Part shown: in pieces, positions 29,339-39,215 of the stretch
Layout: each line of letters starts with the position of its first letter
How positions within the stretch are numbered: the first letter of the stretch is position 1
From: Thermoproteota archaeon
GTDB lineage: Archaea > Korarchaeota > Korarchaeia > Korarchaeales > Korarchaeaceae
Direction: 5' to 3'
Length of the DNA stretch: 64,000 bases
Assembly: GCA_027492205.1 (NCBI GenBank)
Contig: JAOZFN010000007.1
Coordinates: forward strand, 283,278 to 347,277
Notes under the pieces: model-generated
What the model was told of the DNA's origin: nothing
Database searches by the model: none
Seen by the model: only the letters and a program-made list of their open reading frames with translations
Program-made: the position numbers and the translations under genes

Positions 29339-30297
29339 CTGACCCCGCTCCACTCGGGATACGTGCCAGGCTCGGGCAGGAGATCTGAGAGCCTGCGCCA
29401 CATCTCCGGCGTCTCCTTACACAGGGCAACGTCGCCTGAGTAGCCTAGCCTCCTCAGCTCCTCCAAAACGTACCTGTACATCTCCTCCCTCAGGTCAGGC
29501 TTGATCTTCAGTCCCCATCCGGTTTTCTCCCCGCCTCTCAGGTATTCGTGCCAGCTTCTATCCTTGGCAAACTTAACGGTCTTCCACAGTCCCCTGAGCG
29601 TCCCCAGAGTGATCCTGCTTGGCTCAAGCTCGTACCTGTGCAGCGCGTCTTCCACCAGCTTCGAGTACTCCCCCCTCCACCCAGGGACCGGTATCATGGG
29701 GTCGAGCCTCAGCCTGAGCTCGAAGCCCTCTCTCTGCACGAGCCTGGCGGCGGCCATCCTGTCCTCCGGGCCAGGGGTCCCCCTCTCGTAGAGCCTGGCT
29801 GGCTTTGAAGCGTTGACCGAGAAGCTGACTACTATAGCCTCCCTTGGGCCGCTCCACTCCAGTAGAGGCTGCACGTGCCTCACGCCGCCCTTGGTAACCA
29901 TAAGGAACCTGTGGCCTGGGTGGGTCTCTAGGAGATCTGAGATCACCTCTAGGAGCAGGTGAGTCCACTCAGGAATGGCCAGGCTGTCGCTCAGCTCCCC
30001 TGTATTCAGGAGCAGCCTCTCGCCCCTGGAGTCGGCCCAGGACAGGAGGTCCTCTAGCTCCGCCTTCAGCCCCTCTAGGTCCTTGAGCCTAGGGGTCTTG
30101 TTACCGAAGAACGTGCCCTGGAGATAGCAGTAGGAGCAGCCAAACGGGCAGCCGTTCGCCCACTTCAACTCCCAGAAGTGGGGGCAGACGATGTCGGAGG
30201 GCGTCTTGGCGAAGTAGACCACGTAGCGGGAGTTCTGCCACTTGAGTAGTGGCGACATAGGTTTTAGCTCGATGAAGTCCTCCTCCGTTCTCCTCAC
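29320..30297 (-). CDS. Spore photoproduct lyase (SplB)-like radical SAM protein
   Basis: CxxxCxxC 'GCPFGCSYCYLQ', 'NTGELSDSL', 'VTK', 'SFSVN', 'RLDPMIP', 'LCKE'. Confidence 0.85.
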   Translation of the reverse strand: MRRTEEDFIELKPMSPLLKWQNSRYVVYFAKTPSDIVCPHFWELKWANGCPFGCSYCYLQGTFFGNKTPRLKDLEGLKAELEDLLSWADSRGERLLLNTGELSDSLAIPEWTHLLLEVISDLLETHPGHRFLMVTKGGVRHVQPLLEWSGPREAIVVSFSVNASKPARLYERGTPGPEDRMAAARLVQREGFELRLRLDPMIPVPGWRGEYSKLVEDALHRYELEPSRITLGTLRGLWKTVKFAKDRSWHEYLRGGEKTGWGLKIKPDLREEMYRYVLEELRRLGYSGDVALCKETPEMWRRLSDLLPEPGTYPEWSGVRCNCVE

Positions 30298-30332
30298 GGC
30301 CTCCTCTTCTGACTATAATGTGAGTGGATCGT

Positions 30333-32237
30333 TTAAGCGTTTGCAAGCCTAAGTAGGCAAAAGTATTCTCTGATCATCTCCAGCCGCTCTCTTGACTGAG
30401 GGGTCTCTATTAGGAAAGATTTGCCCGTCCCCCCAGAAGATAGGATAACGTCGCAGATCGTCTCTTCTATGAATCGCCTCCTATCAGAACTCTCGGAGAG
30501 TTCCTCCCAGGACTTCCTCTGCTCTTTAGAGAGGAGGAGTGACTTCCCGGTCTTAGACAGGGAGCCGAGACCCTCCCTTTCCAGAATCCTGAGCACCGCC
30601 ATGAACCTCCCCACCGGAACTTGGGGAGGTGTGAGTCCGCTAGAGGAGTACACGGCGTCGAGTCTCGAGATCAGTATCTTATAGAGGGTGGAAACGCGCT
30701 TGCTGCTCTTGTCTTTTACCTCTCTCCTGAGAGCCTCGAGGAAGCTGGAGACTGACGCTCGCAGCAGGACGCGACTTTTCTCTTCTTCCCCTCCCTCTGC
30801 GACTACCTCTTGGACGGCTTGGGGGGTCAGCAGGAAGGCCAGAACCTCTCTGAGATCCCTTTCAAATGCTCCATACTTATCCAGAAACTCTGACCTCCAC
30901 TCGCCCCTTAGGAGCAGGCTGAGCTTGAGCAGGAAGGGGTCCACCTCTATAATCCCAAGGGCATGGCCAGCCTTGGAGAACTCGGCCTCTAGTGCTGTCC
31001 GCTCATCTGGATACCATTCAGCAATGGAGAACAACAGAACTGGAACATTTCTAAGCATGTTCAAGAGCTGATCCCGGTCTCTCTGGGATCTCTGCCAGGA
31101 CCTCCCCGTCTTTATCTCCACAGCGATGCGTTGGACGAGTCTGTTGCCCTTCTCTCCGGCTTCCGGTTTGTAGGTCCAGACGAGGTATTGGGCATCGGTG
31201 ACGGCCCCTGGCAGCGACAGCCTGTCCCTCGAGAGAGTCGCCAAGTAGTCTAGCTTGGTCTCCCCGAGGCTCACAGTGACTGGAATAGCCCTGAGTTTCT
31301 TCCACATGAACTCCCTCCAGAGCTCTTCCACCTGCCTGCCGAGGTCAACGCTTGATCCCATCTCGGCTTCTGGATCAATATTATCCAGGATCTCCTGAAG
31401 CATTTCGGTGATGTACTTTATCACACCTCCTATCTCCCACATTAAAGCTCTGTCCTCGGCTTTCTTCCTCAGCAAGGGGTAGAGCACGCTGAAGTGTTTG
31501 TCCAGACTCACGCGATATGAATCCTTGTAGGCCCTGAAGAGGGCCATTACCTTGAGGGTTGCGTCCCGGGCGGCCTCAACTCTCTCGTCGTCAGGCATGC
31601 TCAGCCTGTACTCTCTAGACCTCGCAAGGAGTCTATTAGCAAGCGCCCGATCTTTCTCAAACTCGGCTCTGACTCGTTTTGACATCATTAGGATGGCTGA
31701 CCCTCTTGGCGGTCTATCCGACGAGCCCTCCGTTAGCCACCGAACTATATCTGCCAGATCCTCAAACCTCTTCCGGTCCCCCCTAGCCAAATCCCCAAGA
31801 AGCTGGTCCAATTCGTCCACTATCAGTACGACAGGCTTCTCTGCAGGTATAGAGACGATCTGTTGTAAAATCAATTCTCTTACGTCACACACCGGATCTA
31901 GGAAGACCCTCCTGACCTCGACTCCCCTCTTCTGAAGGAATTCCTTCAAGACAAAGCCCAGCTGAGACTTGCCGGATCCATACTCCCCGACAACCGAGAC
32001 TATAGCCCCACGCCAGTCTCTATCCTTGAGATAATTGAAGATAGCCCCATTTACTTGTCTGAGCCTTCTGACGTTTACGAAAAAGTCCTTGAGTTGATCT
32101 AGGGGGAACTCAATGGGCCTCCTATCAGACCACGACTCTAGTACCTTGCCTAGCGAGCTGGGGTTGTACTTGGAGTATGTTTTAGAGAGGTTATAGAACT
32201 CCTCCCGTGCCTTGGAGAGAGATTCAGGATGAATCAC
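30333..32237 (-). CDS. AAA+/P-loop ATPase fused to a PD-(D/E)xK-like domain (start GTG 32237, 4-bp overlap with the upstream gene)
   Basis: Walker A 'GEYGSGKS', Walker B 'VLIVDELD', Arg-finger-like 'ALANRL'; 'VTDAQY...IAVEIKTG'. Confidence 0.8.
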   Translation of the reverse strand: MIHPESLSKAREEFYNLSKTYSKYNPSSLGKVLESWSDRRPIEFPLDQLKDFFVNVRRLRQVNGAIFNYLKDRDWRGAIVSVVGEYGSGKSQLGFVLKEFLQKRGVEVRRVFLDPVCDVRELILQQIVSIPAEKPVVLIVDELDQLLGDLARGDRKRFEDLADIVRWLTEGSSDRPPRGSAILMMSKRVRAEFEKDRALANRLLARSREYRLSMPDDERVEAARDATLKVMALFRAYKDSYRVSLDKHFSVLYPLLRKKAEDRALMWEIGGVIKYITEMLQEILDNIDPEAEMGSSVDLGRQVEELWREFMWKKLRAIPVTVSLGETKLDYLATLSRDRLSLPGAVTDAQYLVWTYKPEAGEKGNRLVQRIAVEIKTGRSWQRSQRDRDQLLNMLRNVPVLLFSIAEWYPDERTALEAEFSKAGHALGIIEVDPFLLKLSLLLRGEWRSEFLDKYGAFERDLREVLAFLLTPQAVQEVVAEGGEEEKSRVLLRASVSSFLEALRREVKDKSSKRVSTLYKILISRLDAVYSSSGLTPPQVPVGRFMAVLRILEREGLGSLSKTGKSLLLSKEQRKSWEELSESSDRRRFIEETICDVILSSGGTGKSFLIETPQSRERLEMIREYFCLLRLANA

Positions 32238-32962
32238 AGCTCCCACCTCGCCGAGATCTTGGCCCTGCTGGGTATCACGAGCTCGCAGTAGGTCTCCCCG
32301 GTCACCCTGTCCTGCCACGTGGAGAACACCCTGCCCCCGAGACCGGGCGGTAACCTGTCTAGGTCCTCGGCGGACTCGAGGACGTCCCTGTAGGGCTCCA
32401 AGACCGGTATCCTCACGAGTCCCCGCTTCCAGAGCGACACTAGGATGTCCCGCACCCCGTCCCCGTACACCCTAGCCAGCGTGCCGTAAGTCACCGCACC
32501 CCTAGACCTCACGTCCTCGAGCACGGCCTCCTCCAGGGAGGTCGTGAGCACGGGAACCCTCCTCTCCCGGACGAGGTTGAGCTCAACCAGCCACCTGGCC
32601 AAGGCGCGGGCCTCCGTAGTCGTGACCTCGACTCCGAGTGAGGCGAGCGCCGCGGACAGAGAGCCCGGAGTGAGGGGGACGGAACTCCGGGTGAGCGCCC
32701 CTACGGCCTCGGCGAGCCTGAACTCCCTCATTATGGCGTTTGCTAGGGACTCTCGGAAGTCATCGAGGGACCTTAGGTCGTCGACTCTTTGGAGCACCCA
32801 CTCGAGGGTCTTGACGTACCGTGAGGCCGTCCTGGTGGACTTCACCCCGAGGATCTCGGCCGCGTCCTTCTCCCCCTTCAGCCTGCTTCTAGCGAGGGCA
32901 AGTCTGTAGAGTCCACTAATCCTGGTGGGATAGAAGCGGCTTGACCGGCGCATGATCCGCAC
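32234..32962 (-). CDS. Multi-HTH DNA-binding protein
   Basis: 'AAEILGVKSTRTASRYVKTLEW' HTH; further wHTH-like segments 'LARWLVELNLV' and 'LVSLWKRGLV'. Confidence 0.7.
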   Translation of the reverse strand: MRIMRRSSRFYPTRISGLYRLALARSRLKGEKDAAEILGVKSTRTASRYVKTLEWVLQRVDDLRSLDDFRESLANAIMREFRLAEAVGALTRSSVPLTPGSLSAALASLGVEVTTTEARALARWLVELNLVRERRVPVLTTSLEEAVLEDVRSRGAVTYGTLARVYGDGVRDILVSLWKRGLVRIPVLEPYRDVLESAEDLDRLPPGLGGRVFSTWQDRVTGETYCELVIPSRAKISARWEL

Positions 32963-33172
32963 CTCAGAGGGCCCCTAAATATTGGAAAAAGTTTGTGCAT
33001 CAGTCTGGGGATTGCCTATCTGGACTGAGCGGAGAGCGCGTGATCACGACATCGTCCCTCCGAAGGATGCGCAGAAGCCCAAGCCCGCTGAATCTGCCTT
33101 GGTTCAGGGGCGCTGGACGGCCGCTGCGTTCACGCGGGCCGCGCTCCCTGCCGAGCCAACCCAACTCTTTTT

Positions 33173-33186
33173 GTAGTACGTACTAC
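33173..33186. promoter_or_regulatory. Perfect palindrome upstream of vapB (likely autoregulatory operator)
   Basis: gtagtacgtactac followed by ctacccac repeats just before ATG 33199. Confidence 0.6.
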
Positions 33187-33198
33187 CCACTACCCACG

Positions 33199-33438
33199 AT
33201 GGGCGAGGTCGTCAGGGTCACGAGGAAGTTTCAGATGACGATCCCCAGGAGGGTAAGGGAGGCGCTGGGGATCAGGGTGGGCGATAGGCTGGAGGTGGAT
33301 GTCGAGGGAGATCGAATCGTCGTGAGGCCCCTGAGGCCCAGGGTAGAGGACCCGGTGGAGGCGCTCCTGTCGCTTGTGAGGGAGCCCGTGGACGTGGATG
33401 CGGTGAGGCTCGTAGAGGAGTCCTGGGGCGAGGACTGA
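33199..33438 (+). CDS. vapB: AbrB-family antitoxin
   Basis: 'VRVTRKFQMTIPRRVREALGIRVGDRL'. Confidence 0.9.
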   Translation: MGEVVRVTRKFQMTIPRRVREALGIRVGDRLEVDVEGDRIVVRPLRPRVEDPVEALLSLVREPVDVDAVRLVEESWGED

Positions 33439-33440
33439 TC

Positions 33441-33998
33441 TTGGGAGGCGCGGTCCGAGGGAGCCCGTGGAGGGCGGGGTCCGAGGGTGAGGGGGGGCGA
33501 GAACTAGTGGAGGCCTATGTGGACACGAACGTATACGTCTACGTGGCCCTCAGGCACCCGGAGTTCGGCGAACTCTGCGCGCGCATACTGAGGGCCGTTG
33601 TGTCCGGCGAGCTGAGGGCCGCCGGTTCCGACCTGGTGGCCATTGAGCTCCTCGGCTCCCTGGCCAGGGTGGGCCCCGAGGTGGCCAGGGGCGCGCTCGA
33701 GGCCTACCTGGCGATGCCCGTCAGGAGGCTCGAGGTCGACGAGAGGGTCCTCAGGGCGGCCGCCCTGATCAACGGGGTGGTGAACGTCGGTTACGACGCG
33801 ATCCACGCCGCGCTCATGCTCCTGAACGGGGTCGGAGCCGTCGTGACCAACGACCTGGGGGACTGGGTCAGGCTGGCCAAGAGGCTGACGGACGTGGCCT
33901 CAACAATCGAGGAGGGTGAAATCCAGGTGAGGTCCCGAGAGCTGGCGGTGATCAGCCCGAGGTCCTTCCCCCGGCCCGTGGAGGTCGGCTCGGCGTGA
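33441..33998 (+). CDS. vapC: PIN-domain toxin VapC
   Basis: 'YVDTNVYVY...E...YDAIHAA...VVTND'. Confidence 0.88.
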   Translation: MGGAVRGSPWRAGSEGEGGRELVEAYVDTNVYVYVALRHPEFGELCARILRAVVSGELRAAGSDLVAIELLGSLARVGPEVARGALEAYLAMPVRRLEVDERVLRAAALINGVVNVGYDAIHAALMLLNGVGAVVTNDLGDWVRLAKRLTDVASTIEEGEIQVRSRELAVISPRSFPRPVEVGSA

Positions 33999-34073
33999 GC
34001 CCGTGGGGGTTGGCGGCTTCATCCGAGAATTTATATCTCTCCGACAATAAAACCTCTTCTGAGGAATGCACAA

Positions 34074-34325
34074 ATGTCTGAGGTGGTGCTGAGGGTCGGG
34101 AAGAGGGGGGAGATCTACACGACCAGGGAGCTGAGGGAGCTGGCGGGCATCAGGGAGGGCGGGAGGGTCAGGGCCAGGGTCGAGCGGGGCAGGGTGATCA
34201 TCGAGCCCCTGCCCACCTTGGAGGAGCTCATCCGGGAGCCGGTGGTGGAGGTGAGCCCGGAGGAGGCCGAGAGGCTGAGCGAGGAGGCCCAGAGGGAGGT
34301 CGGCTCCCGCGATCTCGGGGGGTGA
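34074..34325 (+). CDS. vapB: AbrB-family antitoxin
   Basis: 'LRVGKRGEIYTTRELRELAGIREGG'. Confidence 0.85.
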   Translation: MSEVVLRVGKRGEIYTTRELRELAGIREGGRVRARVERGRVIIEPLPTLEELIREPVVEVSPEEAERLSEEAQREVGSRDLGG

Positions 34326-34939
34326 ACGCGCTGCCGGAGGTGAGGGCCGGGCCCGGGCTCACTCCGGGCGAGCCACCGGGTGCGGGTGAATCTGACTCTG
34401 TGGCCGGGGCCGGCGTCAGGTTTGGCGCCGAGGCCGAGGCTGGGAGCCGTGCAGAGGCGGGACCGGAGCTGATCCTGGACACCACGTACCTCCTCCCCAT
34501 ATTCGGCGTCGGCGTGGGGCTCCCGAGGTACGAGTCCCTGTTCCCCAGGCTCCTGGAGACGTTGAGCGTCGGGTACAACCCCGTCTCCCTCGTGGAGGCC
34601 AAGTGGATTTCTCTCGGCCTGGCCAGGGATCACCCGGACAGGCGCGACAGGCTCCTCTCGGCCTACCGCAGGGGCCTGGCCGCGATCCTGGCCGACGAGA
34701 GGATCTCGGCCACCGAGCTCACCGGCCCGGAGGTGGAGGCCGTTGCGGACCGGCTCCTCCTCGAGTTCGGGCTGGCGGACTACTTCGACAGGGTGATCTA
34801 CGCGACGGCCGTCGTCGGGAGCGCGGCCCTGCTGACGGAGGACGGGGAGCTCCTGAGGCTCGCCAGATCGCCGGAGGCCCCGAGGCCGAGGGAGGCGCTG
34901 AGGTGGGCCGACGTTCCCGGGAGGCTCCTCGGCGATTGA
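34322..34939 (+). CDS. vapC: PIN-domain toxin VapC with a low-complexity N-terminal extension
   Basis: 'LILDTTYLLP...SLVE...DYFDRVIYATA...LLTED'. Confidence 0.85.
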   Translation: MNALPEVRAGPGLTPGEPPGAGESDSVAGAGVRFGAEAEAGSRAEAGPELILDTTYLLPIFGVGVGLPRYESLFPRLLETLSVGYNPVSLVEAKWISLGLARDHPDRRDRLLSAYRRGLAAILADERISATELTGPEVEAVADRLLLEFGLADYFDRVIYATAVVGSAALLTEDGELLRLARSPEAPRPREALRWADVPGRLLGD

Positions 34940-34963
34940 ATCCGTGGGTCGTGAAACTTATCT

Positions 34964-35242
34964 GTGGCGACATTCCAAACTTTGTGGATAGATATGGGGA
35001 TCTATGGGGTGGAAGTAAGGAGGGTGGACAGGCAGGGCAGGCTCGTCCTGCCTCCGGACTGGCGGGAGTCTGAGCTCGGGGACTCCAGGGAGGTGCTCGT
35101 GATCAAGGGGAGGGGCTACCTGAAGCTTATACCGAGGAGGAGGCGTGACCTGACGAGGTTCTTTGACTCCGTGGATCTGGGCGTCGAGTCCATAGTCGAC
35201 TGGGCCGAGTTCGAGGCGGAGCTGCCTCGCGGCAGGGGGTGA
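34964..35242 (+). CDS. Orphan AbrB-family antitoxin (likely start ATG 34993)
   Basis: 'RRVDRQGRLVLPPDWRE'; no intact PIN gene follows. Confidence 0.8.
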   Translation: MATFQTLWIDMGIYGVEVRRVDRQGRLVLPPDWRESELGDSREVLVIKGRGYLKLIPRRRRDLTRFFDSVDLGVESIVDWAEFEAELPRGRG

Positions 35243-35339
35243 CTGAACTGGACCCAAGACCCGAGGTGGGCAAGGATCCGCGCGCGGGGGTAAGCCTCCA
35301 GAAGCGCCTCTATCCAGGGTCCTCGGGATCTCCCTAAAC

Positions 35340-35700
35340 TTGTCCGGAATACACCCAGCTAGGATCGTTGAGGTCGACTCAAACCTGATGAGACTAGCCT
35401 CCCTTCAGGGCTGAGTACGCCTGGGATGGGAGTTCCCAAATCGTTATGGGGCGTTCGAGAGGGACTTGGAGGAGGTTATGCCTATCCTGCTCGGCCCGAT
35501 CTTCCCCGCCCCTTTGGCGTCGAGACTGCCCTCCAGATACACCGCCGAGTCTGCTGGGGGCGCCTCACTACTCGAAGCCCGATCTAGCAAGGAAGTCGCT
35601 GCGATCAGGGGCGGCCATAGGTCTCTTAGCAGACGAGATAGCTCGGGGCGTAGACAGATCCAGCTGGAAGAGAATAGACAGCCGTTCTAGTTAGAGCTGG
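35340..35700 (+). pseudogene. Decayed paralog of the C-terminal part of the 30333-32237 ATPase
   Basis: 'IVEVDSNLMRLASLQG*VRLGWEFPNRYGAFERDLEEVMPILLGP' aligns with 'IIEVDPFLLKLSLLLRGEWRSEFLDKYGAFERDLREVLAFLLTP'. Confidence 0.75.
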
Positions 35701-35936
35701 TCGCTCAGCAGTCCGGTCTCGTTAAGTTCCTCCAATCCGCACTCAGCGAGATTCCACAAACCCGCTCAACTCTTTGAGGAGGTAACGATCGCTGCGCGAT
35801 TCCCCGCGCATGGGCGTCACGCGAGTGGGCAGGCCGTTTTTATTTGGAGAACTGTAGGGCTGCGCTGTGCACTTCATCACAGCAAAGCGAAAGGCGCGTT
35901 CACTTTTATTGTAACCTATGAGTTCTGACCGCCGAC

Positions 35937-37310
35937 GTGCGCGCAGTCAGCTACGCTGACGCAGCTCTGCTGGACGAGCTGACCCCCTTTCTCGCGCTTT
36001 CCAAGCGAATTAAGGGCTTCTACCGGAGAGTTGAGTGCTCTCTCCCGAGGTCTCTCGTGGAGGGACGATCGTACCTACCATACGTTGCTATGGTGCTCTC
36101 AGTGGTTATTCCGCTGTTCCTTGCTCAGATGGGCGGGTACATTTGGACTTATGGACTAAGTAGAACTATCTCGCTTCTAAAACAGAGTGAATACATCTAC
36201 TATGCCTCCCATCCTAGGGAGATACCGACAGGCATTGTTCCAGATGGTCTAGATATTTTCAGACGCATGCCGCCATTCCCTGATGTGATGATGTTCAGCT
36301 ACGTGGCCGGCTCCTACGCTGCCTATCACCTCGCCCGCTGGATAGTGGGTTACTCTAGGCTCCTTTCGAGCCTCGCCCCACACTCTCAAGACGATTCATC
36401 TTTAGGAGCTCGTCCGCGGGTCGGGAGGATGCCAGCCTTTTTCTTGAATCCTGGGGTTTGGGCGGTCAGCTGGGCGATTCTGATGGGTTCAGAGGCCCTC
36501 ATGAGCCACTACCAGCTTTGGGTTTTTAGGGGTGAGGGCGCCAAGGAGGTGGTCGTCCAGCTTATCTGGATGCTGGACGACATGTGGATTAACCTCGTGA
36601 CAGTTTCCGCGGCCTACTGCGCGTTAGCGGCCTCCCTCTGGTCTAAGATTCTAGTAAGCTTTCTCTTAGAGGATACATCCTCTTGGCGAGCCCAAGAAGC
36701 GGTCGAGACATACCTGATCAAGCTCAACGACGAACTCGCCAAGGCCTGGACCTCTCTCAGTGTGGGGTGGCTGATCCCTTGGGGGACCTACTCTAGCCTG
36801 TACGCGACTCTCGTGGAGGTTCTGGGGCTTGAGGCCAGGGGAATCACCGAAAGCCTCCTAGGTTTCGCCCGGCTCGGGAGGATCCTGCTTCCCCTATCTG
36901 CACTGGTATGGGGTATGCTGCGCCGCTCGGGGAAGGTGTGGTGTGACACGCTCCGTGTCATCATGCGGTCTGCTGAGGAGAATCAGAGGAGTCAGCCGCA
37001 AAGAGAGGCGATCTTCAAGACGGTGCACCGCGTCGTGGGGAGGCTGCTCGTTAGGTACTCCCCTATAGAATTTCTCTACGCCTGGCTGACAATTCCAGAG
37101 ATCGTAGAGGTCTTCTTAGAGATATTAGCCAGGTCAGTGGGGAGTAGTGTGTACTTCAGGCTAGCCGAAGCTCCGATCGGCCTCTTGACTGGGTTCTCTA
37201 TAGGAGATGCGGTGTTCTCTAGGTTCTCTCGCACCATAGAGGTGTATCCGGAGGTATTCGGACATGGTAGCCATTCTGTGCGATCCAAGCCTGGGCAGAT
37301 ATCGAGGTGA
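35937..37310 (+). CDS. Polytopic membrane protein of unknown function
   Basis: 457-aa ORF with several hydrophobic helices; overlaps the nucleoside hydrolase gene. Confidence 0.6.
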   Translation: MRAVSYADAALLDELTPFLALSKRIKGFYRRVECSLPRSLVEGRSYLPYVAMVLSVVIPLFLAQMGGYIWTYGLSRTISLLKQSEYIYYASHPREIPTGIVPDGLDIFRRMPPFPDVMMFSYVAGSYAAYHLARWIVGYSRLLSSLAPHSQDDSSLGARPRVGRMPAFFLNPGVWAVSWAILMGSEALMSHYQLWVFRGEGAKEVVVQLIWMLDDMWINLVTVSAAYCALAASLWSKILVSFLLEDTSSWRAQEAVETYLIKLNDELAKAWTSLSVGWLIPWGTYSSLYATLVEVLGLEARGITESLLGFARLGRILLPLSALVWGMLRRSGKVWCDTLRVIMRSAEENQRSQPQREAIFKTVHRVVGRLLVRYSPIEFLYAWLTIPEIVEVFLEILARSVGSSVYFRLAEAPIGLLTGFSIGDAVFSRFSRTIEVYPEVFGHGSHSVRSKPGQISR

Positions 37311-38142
37311 TGTAGACGATGTGCTGGCCCTCCTGTATCTGATCAGGAGGGGGGTAAGGATATCTGGTATAGCAGCCGTGGAAGGAAACGCAGACGCCAG
37401 GCACGCATATCAGGTAGCTGAGTCTGTGGCTCGGGCCAGCGGTGAGGACATACCCGTTTACCCTAGCCCAAAGGCGGTGCGAGGTGAGGAGACCGCGGTT
37501 GACTTCCTTAGGAGCGCCATCTCCGAGGGGGAGGATGTCATCGCCATGTCACCATTGACATATTTGGCGGAGGCCCTCAGGAAGGTGAACGGCCCCTTCT
37601 ACTCCAGAATCTTCATCATGGGTGGATCCATTCGCCAAAGGGCCCTGGCGGCCTTTCCGGAGTTCAACTTCTGGAAAGATGCTCTTGCCGCGAGGAGGGT
37701 TCTCGAGGCCCCGTGGAGAGAGGTTCATGTTATTCCCCTAGACTTCACGGCGACCGTGAAGTGGGACTGCGGGAGGCTGGTTCGTTCCCTCCGGGAGATC
37801 TCAATGGACTTGAACGATCCCCTGATTAAACTCGTTGCTGGAGGCATTGTCCCGTGGTGCAGAACCTCCACCACATTCTTCGGGGGGCTCGTCCCGCATG
37901 ATGTCTTGGCGGTCATATACTACGATCGGGCGGATCTTTTCAAGGTCTCGGAAAGGAGACTCACTGTGGAGGTCAAAGGCCTCTTCAAGAAGGGACGCCT
38001 GACAGAGTCTGAGGGCGCCAGGCCTCTGCGCCTAGTGAATGGACTGTCCGCCGGTTCGGAAAATCTGCTAGACCTCTTTCTCGCTGCCATCAGGGGAGGC
38101 AAATCTGTACCTACAAGGGCAGAAGGCCGTCCTTTGGTCTAG
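37264..38142 (+). CDS. Inosine/uridine-preferring nucleoside hydrolase family protein
   Basis: 'CDPSLG...DVDDVLAL', 'GNA', 'IMGG', 'EFNFWKD', 'PHDVLAV'. Confidence 0.85.
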   Translation: MVAILCDPSLGRYRGDVDDVLALLYLIRRGVRISGIAAVEGNADARHAYQVAESVARASGEDIPVYPSPKAVRGEETAVDFLRSAISEGEDVIAMSPLTYLAEALRKVNGPFYSRIFIMGGSIRQRALAAFPEFNFWKDALAARRVLEAPWREVHVIPLDFTATVKWDCGRLVRSLREISMDLNDPLIKLVAGGIVPWCRTSTTFFGGLVPHDVLAVIYYDRADLFKVSERRLTVEVKGLFKKGRLTESEGARPLRLVNGLSAGSENLLDLFLAAIRGGKSVPTRAEGRPLV

Positions 38143-38149
38143 TCGGATG

Positions 38150-38800
38150 CGCGGTGACCCACAGCTGCCTACAAGACCTGCGCTGGGAGGCCGTGGCAGG
38201 CCCGGATAATTTGCGGCGACGCTAAAGATGGCGCAAAGAATGGCAGTGCTCCAGCTTCTCCACCTATAGCGCGACTTGGGCCTGCCACGGCGCGCATCTC
38301 GGACGACCGCCCATGTACTCATCCTTGAGGGGGTGATTTGAGGATAAGAGGACCTCAAGGCGATGTCCCCAACCCCCTCGCAAGAGATCCTCACCTTATA
38401 TCCTCTGAATAGCCCTCATCTGCGCGCCATCTCGATCAAAAGTTCACTCCACTCTTGAGAGGCGTGCTCTCCTCTAAATTTCAGAAGGGCTGGCGTCCAG
38501 CTCAAGGTCCCTTGGCGACGGAAAGGGATGGGCTAGTGCGTACTCCCGGAGGTCGACCCTCTCTTGCTTCACCGTTATCCTGTTTATCATGTCAGACAGG
38601 GTCTTCCCCGTTTTTCTTCCGCTCGAATAGAACTCTCTCATCTCTAACTATAAGCCAGGAGAGCGAGATACTAGGTCCATGTCGATAGCCAATACTCTGC
38701 TGCCAGATTCCCTGGCAACCACGCAGTCAGGGCTGCGATCGTTGTCTTGCCCACACCACCTGGAGCCGAGAACAGCCCCAGTACTTTTCCGCCCTTAATT
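38150..38800 (-). pseudogene. ParA/MinD-family ATPase pseudogene (3' boundary approximate)
   Basis: 'GKVLGLFSAPGGVGKTTIAAL', then frameshifted 'RVLAIDMD'; multiple stops. Confidence 0.7.
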
Positions 38801-38848
38801 AGGTGAGCACCTTTATCTTTCTTTCGGACTTATCGACTAGAATTACCT

Positions 38849-39215
38849 TTAACCTATCGATGCGCAAATCCTACGGAGCGCCCTCTCCGTCCTCTCATCT
38901 ACATGCTGCGTGATGTGCAGAATTACGGCCTCCCTGCTGTAGAGTTCTCTTAGAGCTATGGCCTGATCGATTCCCGAGTAAAATCTCGAGTCAAGCTTTA
39001 CCTCCACCGACAACCTCCCGCCGCTCTCGGAGAGGTCTACCTCGACGTCCGGATACTGGCTCGATCTCAGGATGGCCCTTATCTCAAGCGGGAGACTGGC
39101 GGCCTTGGCTCTGGCCGCAATGACAGCTTGGATCCGTCTCTCGTCTCGGAGCGCGCATATGTCGTCGATTGAGGAATCGAACCTGCGTTAGCAATTCGAG
39201 TGGGGAGGGGGACAT
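38849..39215 (-). pseudogene. PD-(D/E)xK nuclease pseudogene
   Basis: ATG 39215, frameshift near 39170, then 'YPDVEVD...LSVEVKL...YSGIDQAIAL'. Confidence 0.6.
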
